Assembly (NCBI GenBank): GCA_044353165.1
Contig: JBILCM010000002.1
Span: forward strand, 31,477-95,476
Length of the DNA: 64,000 nt
Source: Paenibacillus sp.
GTDB lineage: Bacteria > Bacillota > Bacilli > Paenibacillales > YIM-B00363
Direction: 5' to 3'
Under the pieces are notes generated by a model that saw only the letters and a list, made by a program, of their open reading frames with translations, ran no database searches and was not told the DNA's origin. Positions 49,200 to 59,282 of the stretch are shown one piece after another. Every line of letters begins with the position of its first letter. The first letter of the stretch is position 1. The position numbers and the translations under genes were made by a program.

Positions 49200-49961
49200 T
49201 TACAATTTCCCATATCGCCTTGCCCGTCCTTGATAAGAACGGATTGCTTCATAGAAATGTGCTTGTGAAAATTCAGGCCAAAACACATCCGTAAACCACA
49301 ACTCTGTATAAGCTAATTGCCATAGCATAAAGTTGCTAATTCTGATTTCACCGCTGGTCCTGATCAACAAATCCAAATTGGGCAATCCATCGGATTTGAG
49401 GTATTGATCGAATGTATTTTCGGTTAACTCATCTATGGTGCGATGCCCTAGTACAATATCATTCGCAAACTGACGAATACCCGACAACAATTCCTGTCTA
49501 CCACCGTAATTTACTGCAAAATTAAGGATGAGTCCCGTATTATACTTCGTATCCTCGATAGCTGAATCAATTGATCTTTTGGTGTATTCTGGAATTCCTT
49601 CTCTATCTCCCATCATGCGAATTTTGACATTATTCGCTTTTAATTCATCAATTTGCATTGGGAAAAATTCAGACGGTAAGCTCATAAGAAAATCAACCTC
49701 TTCTTGAGGCCGTTTCCAATTTTCTGTTGAAAAAGCATAAAGCGTCAATACTTCAATTCCTAGCCGATTTGCTGCCATCGTAATTGTTTTCACATTCTTC
49801 ATACCGGCCCGGTGTCCAGCAAGCCGTGGCAAACCTTTGCGATTGGCCCAACGACCATTCCCGTCCATAATAATTGCAACGTGTTTAGGTATGTTTTCAA
49901 GATTGACGGGGATTTCATGCTCCTGCGGTTTATTTCGAAACCACCCAAAAAGACGATGCAT
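49200..49961 (-). CDS. uppS: isoprenyl transferase (undecaprenyl diphosphate synthase)
   Basis: HVAIIMDGNGRWA and ...RTSGEIRISNFMLWQLAYTE... motifs. Start re-set to the ATG at 49961, with GGGGGAG 7 nt upstream. Confidence 0.95.
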   Translation of the reverse strand: MHRLFGWFRNKPQEHEIPVNLENIPKHVAIIMDGNGRWANRKGLPRLAGHRAGMKNVKTITMAANRLGIEVLTLYAFSTENWKRPQEEVDFLMSLPSEFFPMQIDELKANNVKIRMMGDREGIPEYTKRSIDSAIEDTKYNTGLILNFAVNYGGRQELLSGIRQFANDIVLGHRTIDELTENTFDQYLKSDGLPNLDLLIRTSGEIRISNFMLWQLAYTELWFTDVFWPEFSQAHFYEAIRSYQGRARRYGKL

Positions 49962-50030
49962 ATTAAGACTCCCCCAAACATTAATAAGAGGCAAGAGCCC
50001 TTTGCCGATGGCCATGGGCTCTCGTTCCGG

Positions 50031-50585
50031 TCATACTTCCATAATTTCTTTTTCTTTGTTGGAAAGCACTTTGTCAACCTCAATTACATAACGATCTGTT
50101 AACTTCTGTATTTCATCCTGATGTCGTTTGGACTCATCTTCGGATATTTGTACTTTCTCCAGTTTCCTAATTTCATCGTTCGCATCACGGCGAATGTTAC
50201 GGATTGCCACTTTTGCTTCTTCTCCGAATTTTTTCGTTGTTTTGACCAGTTCGGTTCGGCGTTCCTCAGTAAGTGCGGGTATAGTTAATCGAATGGTGTT
50301 CCCATCATTGGATGGTGTTAATCCCAAATCTGACTTTTGAATGGCCTTCTCAATCGAACCAATCGCTGTCTTATCCCACGGTTGGATCATTAAGGTGCGA
50401 GAATCCGGAATGTTGATCGCTGCCAATTGTTGTATTGGTGTTTGCGACCCATAATATTCAACTTGAATTCGGTCAAGTAGCAACGGGGATGCACGCCCTG
50501 CACGCAAAGTTGCTAAATCTTTCTTAAGCGCCTGAATGGCCTTCTCCATACGTTCCTCAGTATTTTTCTTTATACTATTTGGCAT
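50031..50585 (-). CDS. frr: ribosome recycling factor
   Basis: 184 aa. [36 protein letters not shown] is canonical Frr. Confidence 0.97.
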   Translation of the reverse strand: MPNSIKKNTEERMEKAIQALKKDLATLRAGRASPLLLDRIQVEYYGSQTPIQQLAAINIPDSRTLMIQPWDKTAIGSIEKAIQKSDLGLTPSNDGNTIRLTIPALTEERRTELVKTTKKFGEEAKVAIRNIRRDANDEIRKLEKVQISEDESKRHQDEIQKLTDRYVIEVDKVLSNKEKEIMEV

Positions 50586-50592
50586 GAGCTCA

Positions 50593-51378
<786 letters not shown>

Positions 51379-52032
51379 CTATTTCTTCACTTGCGACATA
51401 ACCTCTTCAACAAAGTTGTCCTGCTTCTTCTCAAGACCTTCTCCAAGTTCAAAACGCACAAAACGACGTATCGAAATGTTCTCACCGATCGTGGCAATCT
51501 TTTCGTTCACAAGCGTCTGGATCGTCTTGTCCGGATCTTTAATAAAGGCTTGTTCCAAAAGGCAAACTTCTTCATAAAATTTGCTCATGCGGCCTTCGAC
51601 CATTTTTTCAACAATATGGACTGGCTTACCCTCATTCAATGCCTGCGCACGTAGGATTTCACGTTCTTTGTTTAATTCCTCTGTAGAAACTTCCTCGCGA
51701 CTAACAAATTTAGGATTTGCTGCAGCAATTTGCATGGCAACATCACGCACAAAATCTCGGAACGAATCCGTTTTTGCAACGAAATCTGTTTCGCAATTCA
51801 CTTCCACGAGAACACCTATACGGCCTCCTGCATGTATGTATGATTCAACCACACCTTCAGTAGCAATACGACCGGCTTTGTTTTTGGCAGCGGCCAACCC
51901 TTTCTCACGCAAAATTTCAGTGGCTTTCTGAAGATCACCATTCGCTTGGTCCAACGCTTTCTTACAATCCATCATGCCTGCGCCCGTTTTTTCACGGAGT
52001 TCTTTGACTAAAGCTGCAGATACTGTCGTCAT
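51379..52032 (-). CDS. tsf: translation elongation factor Ts (short form)
   Basis: [27 protein letters not shown]-like N-domain. Start re-set to the ATG at 52032, with GAGGAGG 8 nt upstream. Confidence 0.96.
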   Translation of the reverse strand: MTTVSAALVKELREKTGAGMMDCKKALDQANGDLQKATEILREKGLAAAKNKAGRIATEGVVESYIHAGGRIGVLVEVNCETDFVAKTDSFRDFVRDVAMQIAAANPKFVSREEVSTEELNKEREILRAQALNEGKPVHIVEKMVEGRMSKFYEEVCLLEQAFIKDPDKTIQTLVNEKIATIGENISIRRFVRFELGEGLEKKQDNFVEEVMSQVKK

Positions 52033-52092
52033 GATCCAATCCTCCTCATATATCAATGCATGTTATGTGTTCATACAGAAATCATTTCTCGT

Positions 52093-52124
52093 AAAAAAGG
52101 GAGTGACCGTTTGATCAACTCCCT
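52093..52124 (-). terminator. terminator/attenuator between rpsB and tsf
   Basis: agggagt (52098-52104) pairs with actccct (52118-52124), loop 13 nt. It is followed on the minus strand by TTTTTTAC. Confidence 0.6.
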
Positions 52125-52170
52125 CCATTCTTCCTTACAATGCTTCATGTTGATCTGTCCGAGGTCAAGG

Positions 52171-52869
52171 TTAAGCTGTAGTCTGTTCCCCTTGATTTGC
52201 TTCAATAATCGCATCCGCGATTTTTGCTGTTAGCAATTTTACAGCTCGGATTGCATCATCATTCGCGGGAATGACATAATCAATTTCATCGGGGTCACAA
52301 TTGGTGTCAACGATGCCAACAATCGGGATTCCAAGCTTTCTTGCTTCCGCTACTGCAATCCGTTCTTTGCGCGGATCAATAATGAATAATGCATCAGGAA
52401 GCGATCGCATATTCTTAATTCCGCCAAGAAACTTCTCCAATCGTTCTTTTTCCTTGTTGAGCAGAATGACTTCTTTCTTGGGCAAAAGATCGAAGGTTCC
52501 ATCCTGTTGCATTCTTTCCAGATCTTTCAATCGCGTAATCCGCTTTTGAATGGTTTGAAAGTTTGTTAATGTACCACCCAACCAACGTTGGTTGATGAAG
52601 TACATGCCGCAACGTTCAGCTTCCTCAGCAACGGAATCTTGCGCTTGCTTCTTCGTACCAACAAAAAGCATTGTTCCGTTGTTTTCGGCAAGCGATTTGA
52701 CGAAGTTATAGGCTTCTTCAACCTTCTTAACCGTCTTCTGCAAGTCGATAATGTAAATTCCGTTTCTTTCTGTGAAGATGTATTTTTGCATCTTAGGATT
52801 CCAACGACGGGTTTGATGGCCAAAATGCACGCCAGCTTCCAGAAGTTGTTTCATAGATATAACTGCCAT
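52171..52869 (-). CDS. rpsB: 30S ribosomal protein S2
   Basis: [27 protein letters not shown] is canonical S2. ATG at 52869 with GAGGAGGTGA 6 nt upstream. Confidence 0.98.
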   Translation of the reverse strand: MAVISMKQLLEAGVHFGHQTRRWNPKMQKYIFTERNGIYIIDLQKTVKKVEEAYNFVKSLAENNGTMLFVGTKKQAQDSVAEEAERCGMYFINQRWLGGTLTNFQTIQKRITRLKDLERMQQDGTFDLLPKKEVILLNKEKERLEKFLGGIKNMRSLPDALFIIDPRKERIAVAEARKLGIPIVGIVDTNCDPDEIDYVIPANDDAIRAVKLLTAKIADAIIEANQGEQTTA

Positions 52870-52995
52870 CTTCACTCACCTCCTCATAATGGTTTTTGTT
52901 CCGCCGCCATTCGCAACTTTCCACTGGACTTTCATGTGTACATCAAAGCACCCCAACAGAAATTAAATGGCGTGTGTATTTTTACACCGTATTCA

Positions 52996-53025
52996 AATAT
53001 AGCATAAATCTTAATTAAATCGCAA
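52996..53025 (-). promoter_or_regulatory. sigma-A promoter of rpsB (TTGCGA-N18-TGcTATATT, extended -10)
   Basis: Minus strand: TTGCGA at 53025-53020 and TATATT at 53001-52996, spacer 18 nt with TGC directly upstream of the -10. The leader would be about 120 nt. Confidence 0.6.
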
Positions 53026-53045
53026 CTTCCAGTTTGAGTTTCTCA

Positions 53046-53567
53046 CTATGGATTCGTTAATTCTGTAATTAGTCTTTCCAACGTTGGTTTGTCGCTAAAG
53101 CGATAAGTCTTTGCACGTACTTTTCCTGAAATCCCACGTTCCTCCATGACCCTTAGAAACTGCTCGCGATCTGAAATAAGACCGTGGTCGAGTAATGTTT
53201 GGGAGATGCTTCGCAACCCGCTTCCAGGGGATATTGTAAATTCAATTCCTTGATCCTTACTTTGTTTTTGTTCAAGCGGGTTGGAGTTTGGAGACGCTGT
53301 CTCAGTCAATATATCCATATTGATTTCCTCGGCAAGCTTAGATTGGAGTTCTTCCTCTGTGTATCTTTTTTCTGTGATGTTGTAAAGTTGATAACCCAAT
53401 TCATTCGCTTCTTGGCGTAATTCCTCAATAGATCGCTCCGTTTTGGTTAAATCAACTGTTTCGGTTGCACGAATAGATTCTTCACTCGTGTGAGTTAGTT
53501 GAATAATCGTTGCGCCAATCATGAGTCCGGTACCAAGTCCGTAAAAAAAAGATTTACTACCGCCCAT
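53046..53567 (-). CDS. hypothetical membrane-anchored protein: N-terminal TM helix, coiled coil, and a C-terminal segment resembling the non-catalytic N-terminal domain of MltG/YceG
   Basis: ATG at 53567 with CAGGAGGAA 7 nt upstream, inside the preceding ORF (11-nt overlap). TM helix FFYGLGTGLMIGATIIQL. C-terminal segment FTISPGSGLRSISQTLLDHGLISDREQFLRVM...KTYRFSDKPTLERLITEL. Confidence 0.7.
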   Translation of the reverse strand: MGGSKSFFYGLGTGLMIGATIIQLTHTSEESIRATETVDLTKTERSIEELRQEANELGYQLYNITEKRYTEEELQSKLAEEINMDILTETASPNSNPLEQKQSKDQGIEFTISPGSGLRSISQTLLDHGLISDREQFLRVMEERGISGKVRAKTYRFSDKPTLERLITELTNP

Positions 53568-54105
53568 GTTGAGGTTCCTCCTGACGAGCTAAACTAATAA
53601 TGAGTTGTACTTCACCTTTGTTCTTACCCATTTTTTTAGCAATATACTCAATTGATTTTCCATTCTCGTAAAGTTCAAATAACTCTTTATTTTTTGATTT
53701 TACAGAGTGTATAAACCTGGAATCAGGCAGTTGATATTTGTGTTCTTTATCATGGGTGGTTATCGTTTCTTGTATGGTGTAGGACGTAACAGCGGAGGGC
53801 TCAGAGAGGGGAGGGGGCTTAGAAAGCGTTTCACGCTCTCTGTTTTCCAGTAATTCAATCCTTTCGATGAGTGTACTGGATTTCTTCTCGTAGTCCTTCC
53901 TCATCTCCCCAATCATTCGCAATAATTGTTTGTTTTCTTCTTCCATCTCTTGTACTAGTTGTTGAATTGTATCACTTACAGAATCAAGAAAATCTTCCTG
54001 AATTGGTTTGGTTGAAGTAGGTTTGGGAACAATTAATGCTATAAAAATCAATGCAATGCCAGTTAGAATAACCACGAAATAGATGGTCAAAGTTTGCTCA
54101 CCCAA
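53557..54105 (-). CDS. hypothetical membrane-anchored protein: N-terminal TM helix, coiled coil, and a C-terminal helix-turn-helix-like segment
   Basis: TM helix IYFVVILTGIALIFIALIV. Coiled coil QQLVQEMEEENKQLLRMIGEMRKDYEKKSSTLIERIELLENRE. C-terminal segment ELFELYENGKSIEYIAKKMGKNKGEVQLIISLARQ. The start is uncertain: TTG at 54105 or TTG at 54090. Confidence 0.65.
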   Translation of the reverse strand: MGEQTLTIYFVVILTGIALIFIALIVPKPTSTKPIQEDFLDSVSDTIQQLVQEMEEENKQLLRMIGEMRKDYEKKSSTLIERIELLENRERETLSKPPPLSEPSAVTSYTIQETITTHDKEHKYQLPDSRFIHSVKSKNKELFELYENGKSIEYIAKKMGKNKGEVQLIISLARQEEPQHGR

Positions 54106-54111
54106 CCCATC

Positions 54112-54435
54112 TTAGAGTGATAAATCAATATGTTTTCCCTTGAAAGGATGACGACTTTTCACAATAACAGATTCATCTGTTCTGGAGGAAGTTGGTTTTC
54201 GTTTTTTGGGTTGTTCTCCGTATTGTCTCCCTGATCGGCCATCTTCCCTCACATTCAAGAAATCAGTTTTCTCAATTTCTTCACTCATGTTTCGTTGCTG
54301 ATCGGAACGCTTCGCATTCGCATCAGCAAGTTCTGCTTGGTCAAGTGCAGGTTTTTGGATCAGTTGATTTTGAAAATGGGTTGCTTCGGTTGTGCGAGGA
54401 ATCGCGATCTGCATTTCGACAGGCTTTAAGCTCAT
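54112..54435 (-). CDS. hypothetical 107-aa charged soluble protein
   Basis: ATG at 54435 with GGGAGGA 7 nt upstream. MSLKPVEMQIAIPRTTEATHFQNQ...HPFKGKHIDLSL. No TM segment. Lys/Arg/Glu-rich, low-complexity middle region. Confidence 0.7.
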   Translation of the reverse strand: MSLKPVEMQIAIPRTTEATHFQNQLIQKPALDQAELADANAKRSDQQRNMSEEIEKTDFLNVREDGRSGRQYGEQPKKRKPTSSRTDESVIVKSRHPFKGKHIDLSL

Positions 54436-54467
54436 CTTGAATTCCTCCCAAAAGTAGTCAAGTATGG

Positions 54468-55880
54468 CTAAATATTAGGTATTGTCTTCAGTTCACCGTT
54501 GTGAAAAAAGAGGGTAACACGTTTATTGTTGTGGTTGATCTGGAATGTGTAAGATCCAATAACGATTTTGATGCCTGGATGGATGGTGCCTGATACTTGT
54601 ATTCGTGCATTAATTGCTGCGTTAAGGAATGTTTCGATCTCAACAATTCTATCCTGCAAAGCCGTAATGTCATTCATTGTTGTATTTTTGGTTTCTACAA
54701 GATTACTTCTTAATTCTTCTTTCCCTTTCTCCAATGAACCTGTTAATGCCAACTGATTTAAGTATACAAGAGCCTTATCTGTTTTTTCCATTGTTTTTAT
54801 TAATAAATCCATTTTTTCATAGAGCTCCTTCAATTCTAAACGAAGTTGAGGCGGTGCACCTACTTCAAGTGTTGTCGGAATCGACATTGAATTGCCGATC
54901 GTTCGTGATTCGATTAATTCCCCGGCTTGGACAACTCCACCAACGATTAAACCATTGGGACCCTCACAAATTACACGGTGTCCTGCACGAACTTTACAAT
55001 GAAGAATGCTTCGGTTCACAATTACGTTGTGCCCCGCGGTTACATTCGCTTCTTGCATAAAAGCGCTTTTTGCATCGATTCCTGCTCTCACAAATCCCTT
55101 CATTGCTCCAATTATTCCGCCTGCAATATCAATCGATCCCCCAGCTTCTATTTCGGCACTTTCCACATTACCTGTGATACGAATATCACCGGCTGCTTTA
55201 ATTTTAAATCCGGGAAGTACATTGCCACGAATGACCACATTGCCGATGAAGTCGATATTTCCAATACGGTAATCTAGATCTCCATTTACTTCATAAATTG
55301 GAAAAACATTGATTTTACCATTATCCGTTAATGCGACCAAACCCTGAATAGCAGCATACAAATACTGATTATTGGGATCCATGGTAACATTCTTGCCCAG
55401 TTTAAAATGTGCTTCTCTTCCATCCTTACATGGAACTAATTGACCCGTCACTGTCGTGCCTGGTGTTCCCTTTGTAGCAAATTTTCTCTCCGCAATCATT
55501 TGTCCTGCGATCACGTTGTTGATTCGATTCAACTCACGATAATCTACTCTGCCATCCTCCAATTCAAGCGGTCGGCGTTTGGTGTCGTTAAGGTCAAAGA
55601 TGGGAACAACAATTCCATCCAGGCCATTAGTAGGTGATTGACCTTTAGCGATCAACAGTGGTGTTTGAGCATATACCAGAGGATTGGACAAGAAAAGATG
55701 TATTGATTCATCCATAATACCAAACTTGATCCCTTTATTGTGAATGATCTCCATGAGTCTTTCACGTGATAATTCATGTAACTTTTCAAAATTTTTAAAC
55801 TGAATGAATGCAGCCATCTCGTCCTTTGATATGGAGGCAATCACTTCAGCTTCTGGTTGTTGTATGGTGTCTGTTGCCAT
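54468..55880 (-). CDS. FapA/DUF342 family protein (flagellar-assembly-protein-A-like, beta-helical repeats)
   Basis: N-terminal FapA_N-like region (ISKDEMAAFIQF...GIKFGI). Central repetitive G-N-V/I-x-x-x-G beta-helix strings (IGNIDFIGNVVIRGNVLPGFKIKAAGDIRITGNVESAEIEAGGSIDIAGG). C-terminal coiled coil. SD GGGAGGG; start at ATG 55880 or GTG 55883. Confidence 0.8.
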   Translation of the reverse strand: MATDTIQQPEAEVIASISKDEMAAFIQFKNFEKLHELSRERLMEIIHNKGIKFGIMDESIHLFLSNPLVYAQTPLLIAKGQSPTNGLDGIVVPIFDLNDTKRRPLELEDGRVDYRELNRINNVIAGQMIAERKFATKGTPGTTVTGQLVPCKDGREAHFKLGKNVTMDPNNQYLYAAIQGLVALTDNGKINVFPIYEVNGDLDYRIGNIDFIGNVVIRGNVLPGFKIKAAGDIRITGNVESAEIEAGGSIDIAGGIIGAMKGFVRAGIDAKSAFMQEANVTAGHNVIVNRSILHCKVRAGHRVICEGPNGLIVGGVVQAGELIESRTIGNSMSIPTTLEVGAPPQLRLELKELYEKMDLLIKTMEKTDKALVYLNQLALTGSLEKGKEELRSNLVETKNTTMNDITALQDRIVEIETFLNAAINARIQVSGTIHPGIKIVIGSYTFQINHNNKRVTLFFHNGELKTIPNI

Positions 55881-55915
55881 CACGCATTCCCTCCCGATCC
55901 ATCGTTACTCTAAGG

Positions 55916-56701
55916 TTAAATCAATTCTTCTTTCATGCGGCCCAAACTGCCACGCAATCGTATAATCGCCTTAGAATGTAACTGGGAAACTCGAGAAGGG
56001 GATACATTCATGACCTCTGCGATTTCACTGACCGTTAACTCTTCGTAATAAAATAACGAGATGACTGTGCGTTCTTTGTCGGTTAGTTGTTCAATACCTT
56101 TGGATAGACTGTCTTTTAAAGCCAGTTCATCGACGGTATCCTCAGGATTTTTAGCCTTGTCATCTATAAGAAGTGAAAGTCTCGTTTCCGATTCCTCATC
56201 CCGAATGGGATCTTCAAGTGAACATACGGAAGCAAACGAAATATCTTGCAACATTTGCTGAAATTCAATCTCGCTGACTTGCAAATACTCGCTCATTTCT
56301 GCATCTGTGACGCTTCGTAAAAATTTTTGCTCTAATTTCTGGTAAGCATCTTCAATTTTTCGAGCTTTATCACGTACAGATCTGGGTACCCAATCGGTTT
56401 GGCGCATACCATCGATAATGCTTCCACGAATACGCCAGGAAGCATATGTTTCAAATTGCAATCCCCGATCAATGCTAAATTTCTCAATCGCATCAATGAG
56501 ACCCACAATACCGTGACTAACAAGCTCTTGTTTATTCACGCTTCGGGGTAAACCCGCAGATAATCGATTAGCCACAATATCAACAAGATTTATGTAATAT
56601 TCAATTAATTCCTTCTTAAATTCAGAATCACCTGTTGTTTTCCATTGTTGCCATACCGATTCGATATGATTGCGTTCATCCCCATGATGAATAGGATTCA
56701 T
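55916..56701 (-). CDS. sigD: flagellar RNA polymerase sigma factor SigD/FliA
   Basis: Sigma-70 regions 2-4 (FETYASWRIRGSIIDGMRQTDWVPRSVR; TVSEIAEVMNVSPSRVSQLHSKAI). Collinear with B. subtilis SigD. Start re-set to the ATG at 56701, with GGAGA 8 nt upstream. Confidence 0.93.
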   Translation of the reverse strand: MNPIHHGDERNHIESVWQQWKTTGDSEFKKELIEYYINLVDIVANRLSAGLPRSVNKQELVSHGIVGLIDAIEKFSIDRGLQFETYASWRIRGSIIDGMRQTDWVPRSVRDKARKIEDAYQKLEQKFLRSVTDAEMSEYLQVSEIEFQQMLQDISFASVCSLEDPIRDEESETRLSLLIDDKAKNPEDTVDELALKDSLSKGIEQLTDKERTVISLFYYEELTVSEIAEVMNVSPSRVSQLHSKAIIRLRGSLGRMKEELI

Positions 56702-56720
56702 TACATTATCTCCATTCAAT

Positions 56721-57107
56721 CTATTCCGACATCCTTCTTATCGATTGTGCCAATCGTTGAGCCTCTTGATCCGTAACTTTGGTCACGAGACGCGTAGGTC
56801 GCAGTGGTGAAAAGTCTGGTTTCCCACTTTCAAATATGTCTTCAGGTGTGCTCAGATCAACTTTCTGTCCTACCACAGGTGACTCTTTTGATAAACTCGT
56901 AATGACAGAAGCATGATTTGAATTTTCTGTTTTCAGGAACACTTCCCCTAACATCCAGCGCACTACAAAAGTAATGAAGAATAGAACGATAAAACTCAAT
57001 CCAATTCGCATCAATACGGTTGTTATGGGATTGTGAGTAAAGGATAATAAAAAAATGAGAAGTGATCCTGCTAATGCCGTGTAAATATTCCAACGCCAAG
57101 AGCCCAT
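56721..57107 (-). CDS. hypothetical 128-aa membrane protein (two N-terminal TM helices, cytoplasmic tail)
   Basis: ATG at 57107 with CAGGAGG 5 nt upstream. TM helices IYTALAGSLLIFLLSF and VLMRIGLSFIVLFFITFVV. Occupies the whole interval between flhG and sigD. Confidence 0.7.
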   Translation of the reverse strand: MGSWRWNIYTALAGSLLIFLLSFTHNPITTVLMRIGLSFIVLFFITFVVRWMLGEVFLKTENSNHASVITSLSKESPVVGQKVDLSTPEDIFESGKPDFSPLRPTRLVTKVTDQEAQRLAQSIRRMSE

Positions 57108-57139
57108 CACAACCTCCTGAATCCTCTGTAATAATAGGA

Positions 57140-57168
57140 ATTTTATAATGTTATGACGTGAATTTCAA
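57140..57168 (-). promoter_or_regulatory. candidate internal sigma-A-type promoter upstream of the 128-aa gene and sigD (TTGAAA-N17-TAAAAT)
   Basis: Minus strand: TTGAAA at 57168-57163 and TAAAAT at 57145-57140, spacer 17 nt. It lies in the 68-nt flhG-to-next-gene spacer. Confidence 0.45.
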
Positions 57169-57175
57169 TAGTAGT

Positions 57176-58057
57176 TCATTTCAAAAATGTAAGAACCCGA
57201 TTTAAAAATCGTTTCATGCCGCCATCATTCGCTTCATTTGGTAAAATATGTTTAGATTGCTCAAAGCGAGATACGACTTCTTTTAAATCCCGGGTGATTG
57301 CACTGTTTGGAAACAAAATAGAAAATGGGACTTGCTTCTTTACTGCATTAGATACATTCAAATCTTCGTGCAAAAAACCTAACGTAGGAATATCCAATTG
57401 GAGAAATCGATTCGCAACAACTCTGATTTTATCGGCAGTTTGTTGCCCTTCTTTTTTGTTTTGCACACGATTGACAACCAATTGAAATGGCATTGACGGT
57501 TCAATTGAATGAACAATCTTGATGGTTGCGTAGGCATCCGTAATTGATGTTGGTTCAGGTGTTGTGACGACAATAGTTTGCTCTGCTGCGGTAATGAATG
57601 CCAATGATTCTTTTGTTAACCCAGCTCCCGTGTCAAACAATATAAAATCGTAAGTTCCATTTAATAATTGGACTTGATCTGTAAAATAATCAAGTTCTTC
57701 TTGGGATAAAGAAAGTAGATCGTTGAATCCGGAGCCTCCTGCTATAAATTGTAAGTTATTATACCCCTGATAAATAATGTCTTGAATGCTTTGTTCTCGT
57801 TTAAGTAAGTGGTATAAATTGTATGTCGGTGATGCTCCCATTAACACATCAATGTTAGCTAAACCAACATCTGCATCAAAAACAAGCACTTGATAACCAC
57901 GTGTTTGCAATTGGAGTGCAAAATTTAACGTAAAATTAGATTTGCCTACGCCACCCTTACCGCTTGTAATTGTAAGAATTCTTGTCGACTTTTCACCTGA
58001 AGGGACACCTTCTTTACGCACTAAATTTCGCAAAGCATGCGCTTGGTCATTCATCAT
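57176..58057 (-). CDS. flhG: MinD/ParA-type ATPase FlhG (YlxH)
   Basis: Deviant Walker A TSGKGGVGKSNF. Follows flhF with an 11-nt overlap. Start at ATG 58057 (AGGTGA 5 nt upstream) or nearby. Confidence 0.92.
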   Translation of the reverse strand: MMNDQAHALRNLVRKEGVPSGEKSTRILTITSGKGGVGKSNFTLNFALQLQTRGYQVLVFDADVGLANIDVLMGASPTYNLYHLLKREQSIQDIIYQGYNNLQFIAGGSGFNDLLSLSQEELDYFTDQVQLLNGTYDFILFDTGAGLTKESLAFITAAEQTIVVTTPEPTSITDAYATIKIVHSIEPSMPFQLVVNRVQNKKEGQQTADKIRVVANRFLQLDIPTLGFLHEDLNVSNAVKKQVPFSILFPNSAITRDLKEVVSRFEQSKHILPNEANDGGMKRFLNRVLTFLK

Positions 58058-59282
58058 CAAGTTCACCTACCAATTCATTCGCCATTGTACGAGGATCCGC
58101 TAAACGAATGTCCTCTGGTACATTCTGTCCATCTGTGATGTATGATAATGAGAGTGAAAAATCAGAAAATAAGTTGATGATCGAACCGATGGTTTCTGTC
58201 TCATCTGACTTTGTAAAAAGCACTTTCTCCACTCCAAATTTATTGAATTTATCCATTACAGCATGCATGTCCGAATACTTCATACATAAACTTAAAACGA
58301 GGATTGTATCTCTTTTCTCATCAGTACGCAGAAGAGATTGTAGTTCGGAAACGGCCATATCACTTCGGAAATTACGTCCAGCTGTATCCATCAGAATAAT
58401 GTCTTTATCTTGCATTTTTTCCATTGCTTTTTGTAAATCGAGGGGTGAAAAGACGACTTCTAATGGAACATCAAGAATGGATGCATAGGTTCGAAGTTGG
58501 TCAATTGCTGCAATACGGTACGTATCAGAAGTAATGAGACCTACTGATTTTCGATATTTCAAAACCTGCTCTGCCGCTAATTTTGCAATTGTAGTTGTTT
58601 TCCCTACACCCGTCGGTCCTACAAAATGAATCATTCTTGTCCAATTATGGATGGGTTCAATCGGTTGTTTCGTAAGTATTTTCACTAACCGATCAACCAC
58701 GGCCTGCTTGGCTTCAAAATTTGTTAATTTACCTGCTTTATCTTTAGATTCACTAGAAACTTCTTTAATTATAGATGCAGCGAGATCTGGTCGTACATCT
58801 TGTTTAATAAGTTTGGCTTGCATTCTCGCGAATAAATCATTTATGAGATTCTCCCTATTTGCTGCATCTGTTTCGTCCTGAACAACAGCTGTCCCTGGCG
58901 TTGTAAGGCGTAACATCATTTCTTTCATTTGTTTCATTTCTTTCAATAGCGTATCATCTGATGCCATCGAAGAAGCCTGTGTTTGGTTGACTGGGTATTG
59001 TATTGATGATTGAACAGGAATAAATGGGACCTGTTGCGGAACAGGTTGTTGCATTGGTTGTTGCATTGGTACCTGAGTTGGTGTTGTTTTCACGGTTGAC
59101 GTAGAAGGTGGATGAATATCCGTCGCAGCAACAACTTCGATTTTCTTTTTTGAAAAAAGACCAAGAAAACCACCAACACGGATTTGCTTCGTATTGATGA
59201 TTACAGCGTCCTTACCAAGTTCTATTCGTATTTTCTGCAACGCTTCAGGCATTGAGTCCACGATGTATTTTTTCACCCTCAT
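58047..59282 (-). CDS. flhF: flagellar biosynthesis SRP-type GTPase FlhF
   Basis: B-domain (MRVKKYIVDSMPEALQKIRIELGKDAVI) and NG domain (GPTGVGKTTTIAKLA, DTAGR, TKSDET). Confidence 0.94.
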   Translation of the reverse strand: MRVKKYIVDSMPEALQKIRIELGKDAVIINTKQIRVGGFLGLFSKKKIEVVAATDIHPPSTSTVKTTPTQVPMQQPMQQPVPQQVPFIPVQSSIQYPVNQTQASSMASDDTLLKEMKQMKEMMLRLTTPGTAVVQDETDAANRENLINDLFARMQAKLIKQDVRPDLAASIIKEVSSESKDKAGKLTNFEAKQAVVDRLVKILTKQPIEPIHNWTRMIHFVGPTGVGKTTTIAKLAAEQVLKYRKSVGLITSDTYRIAAIDQLRTYASILDVPLEVVFSPLDLQKAMEKMQDKDIILMDTAGRNFRSDMAVSELQSLLRTDEKRDTILVLSLCMKYSDMHAVMDKFNKFGVEKVLFTKSDETETIGSIINLFSDFSLSLSYITDGQNVPEDIRLADPRTMANELVGELDDE

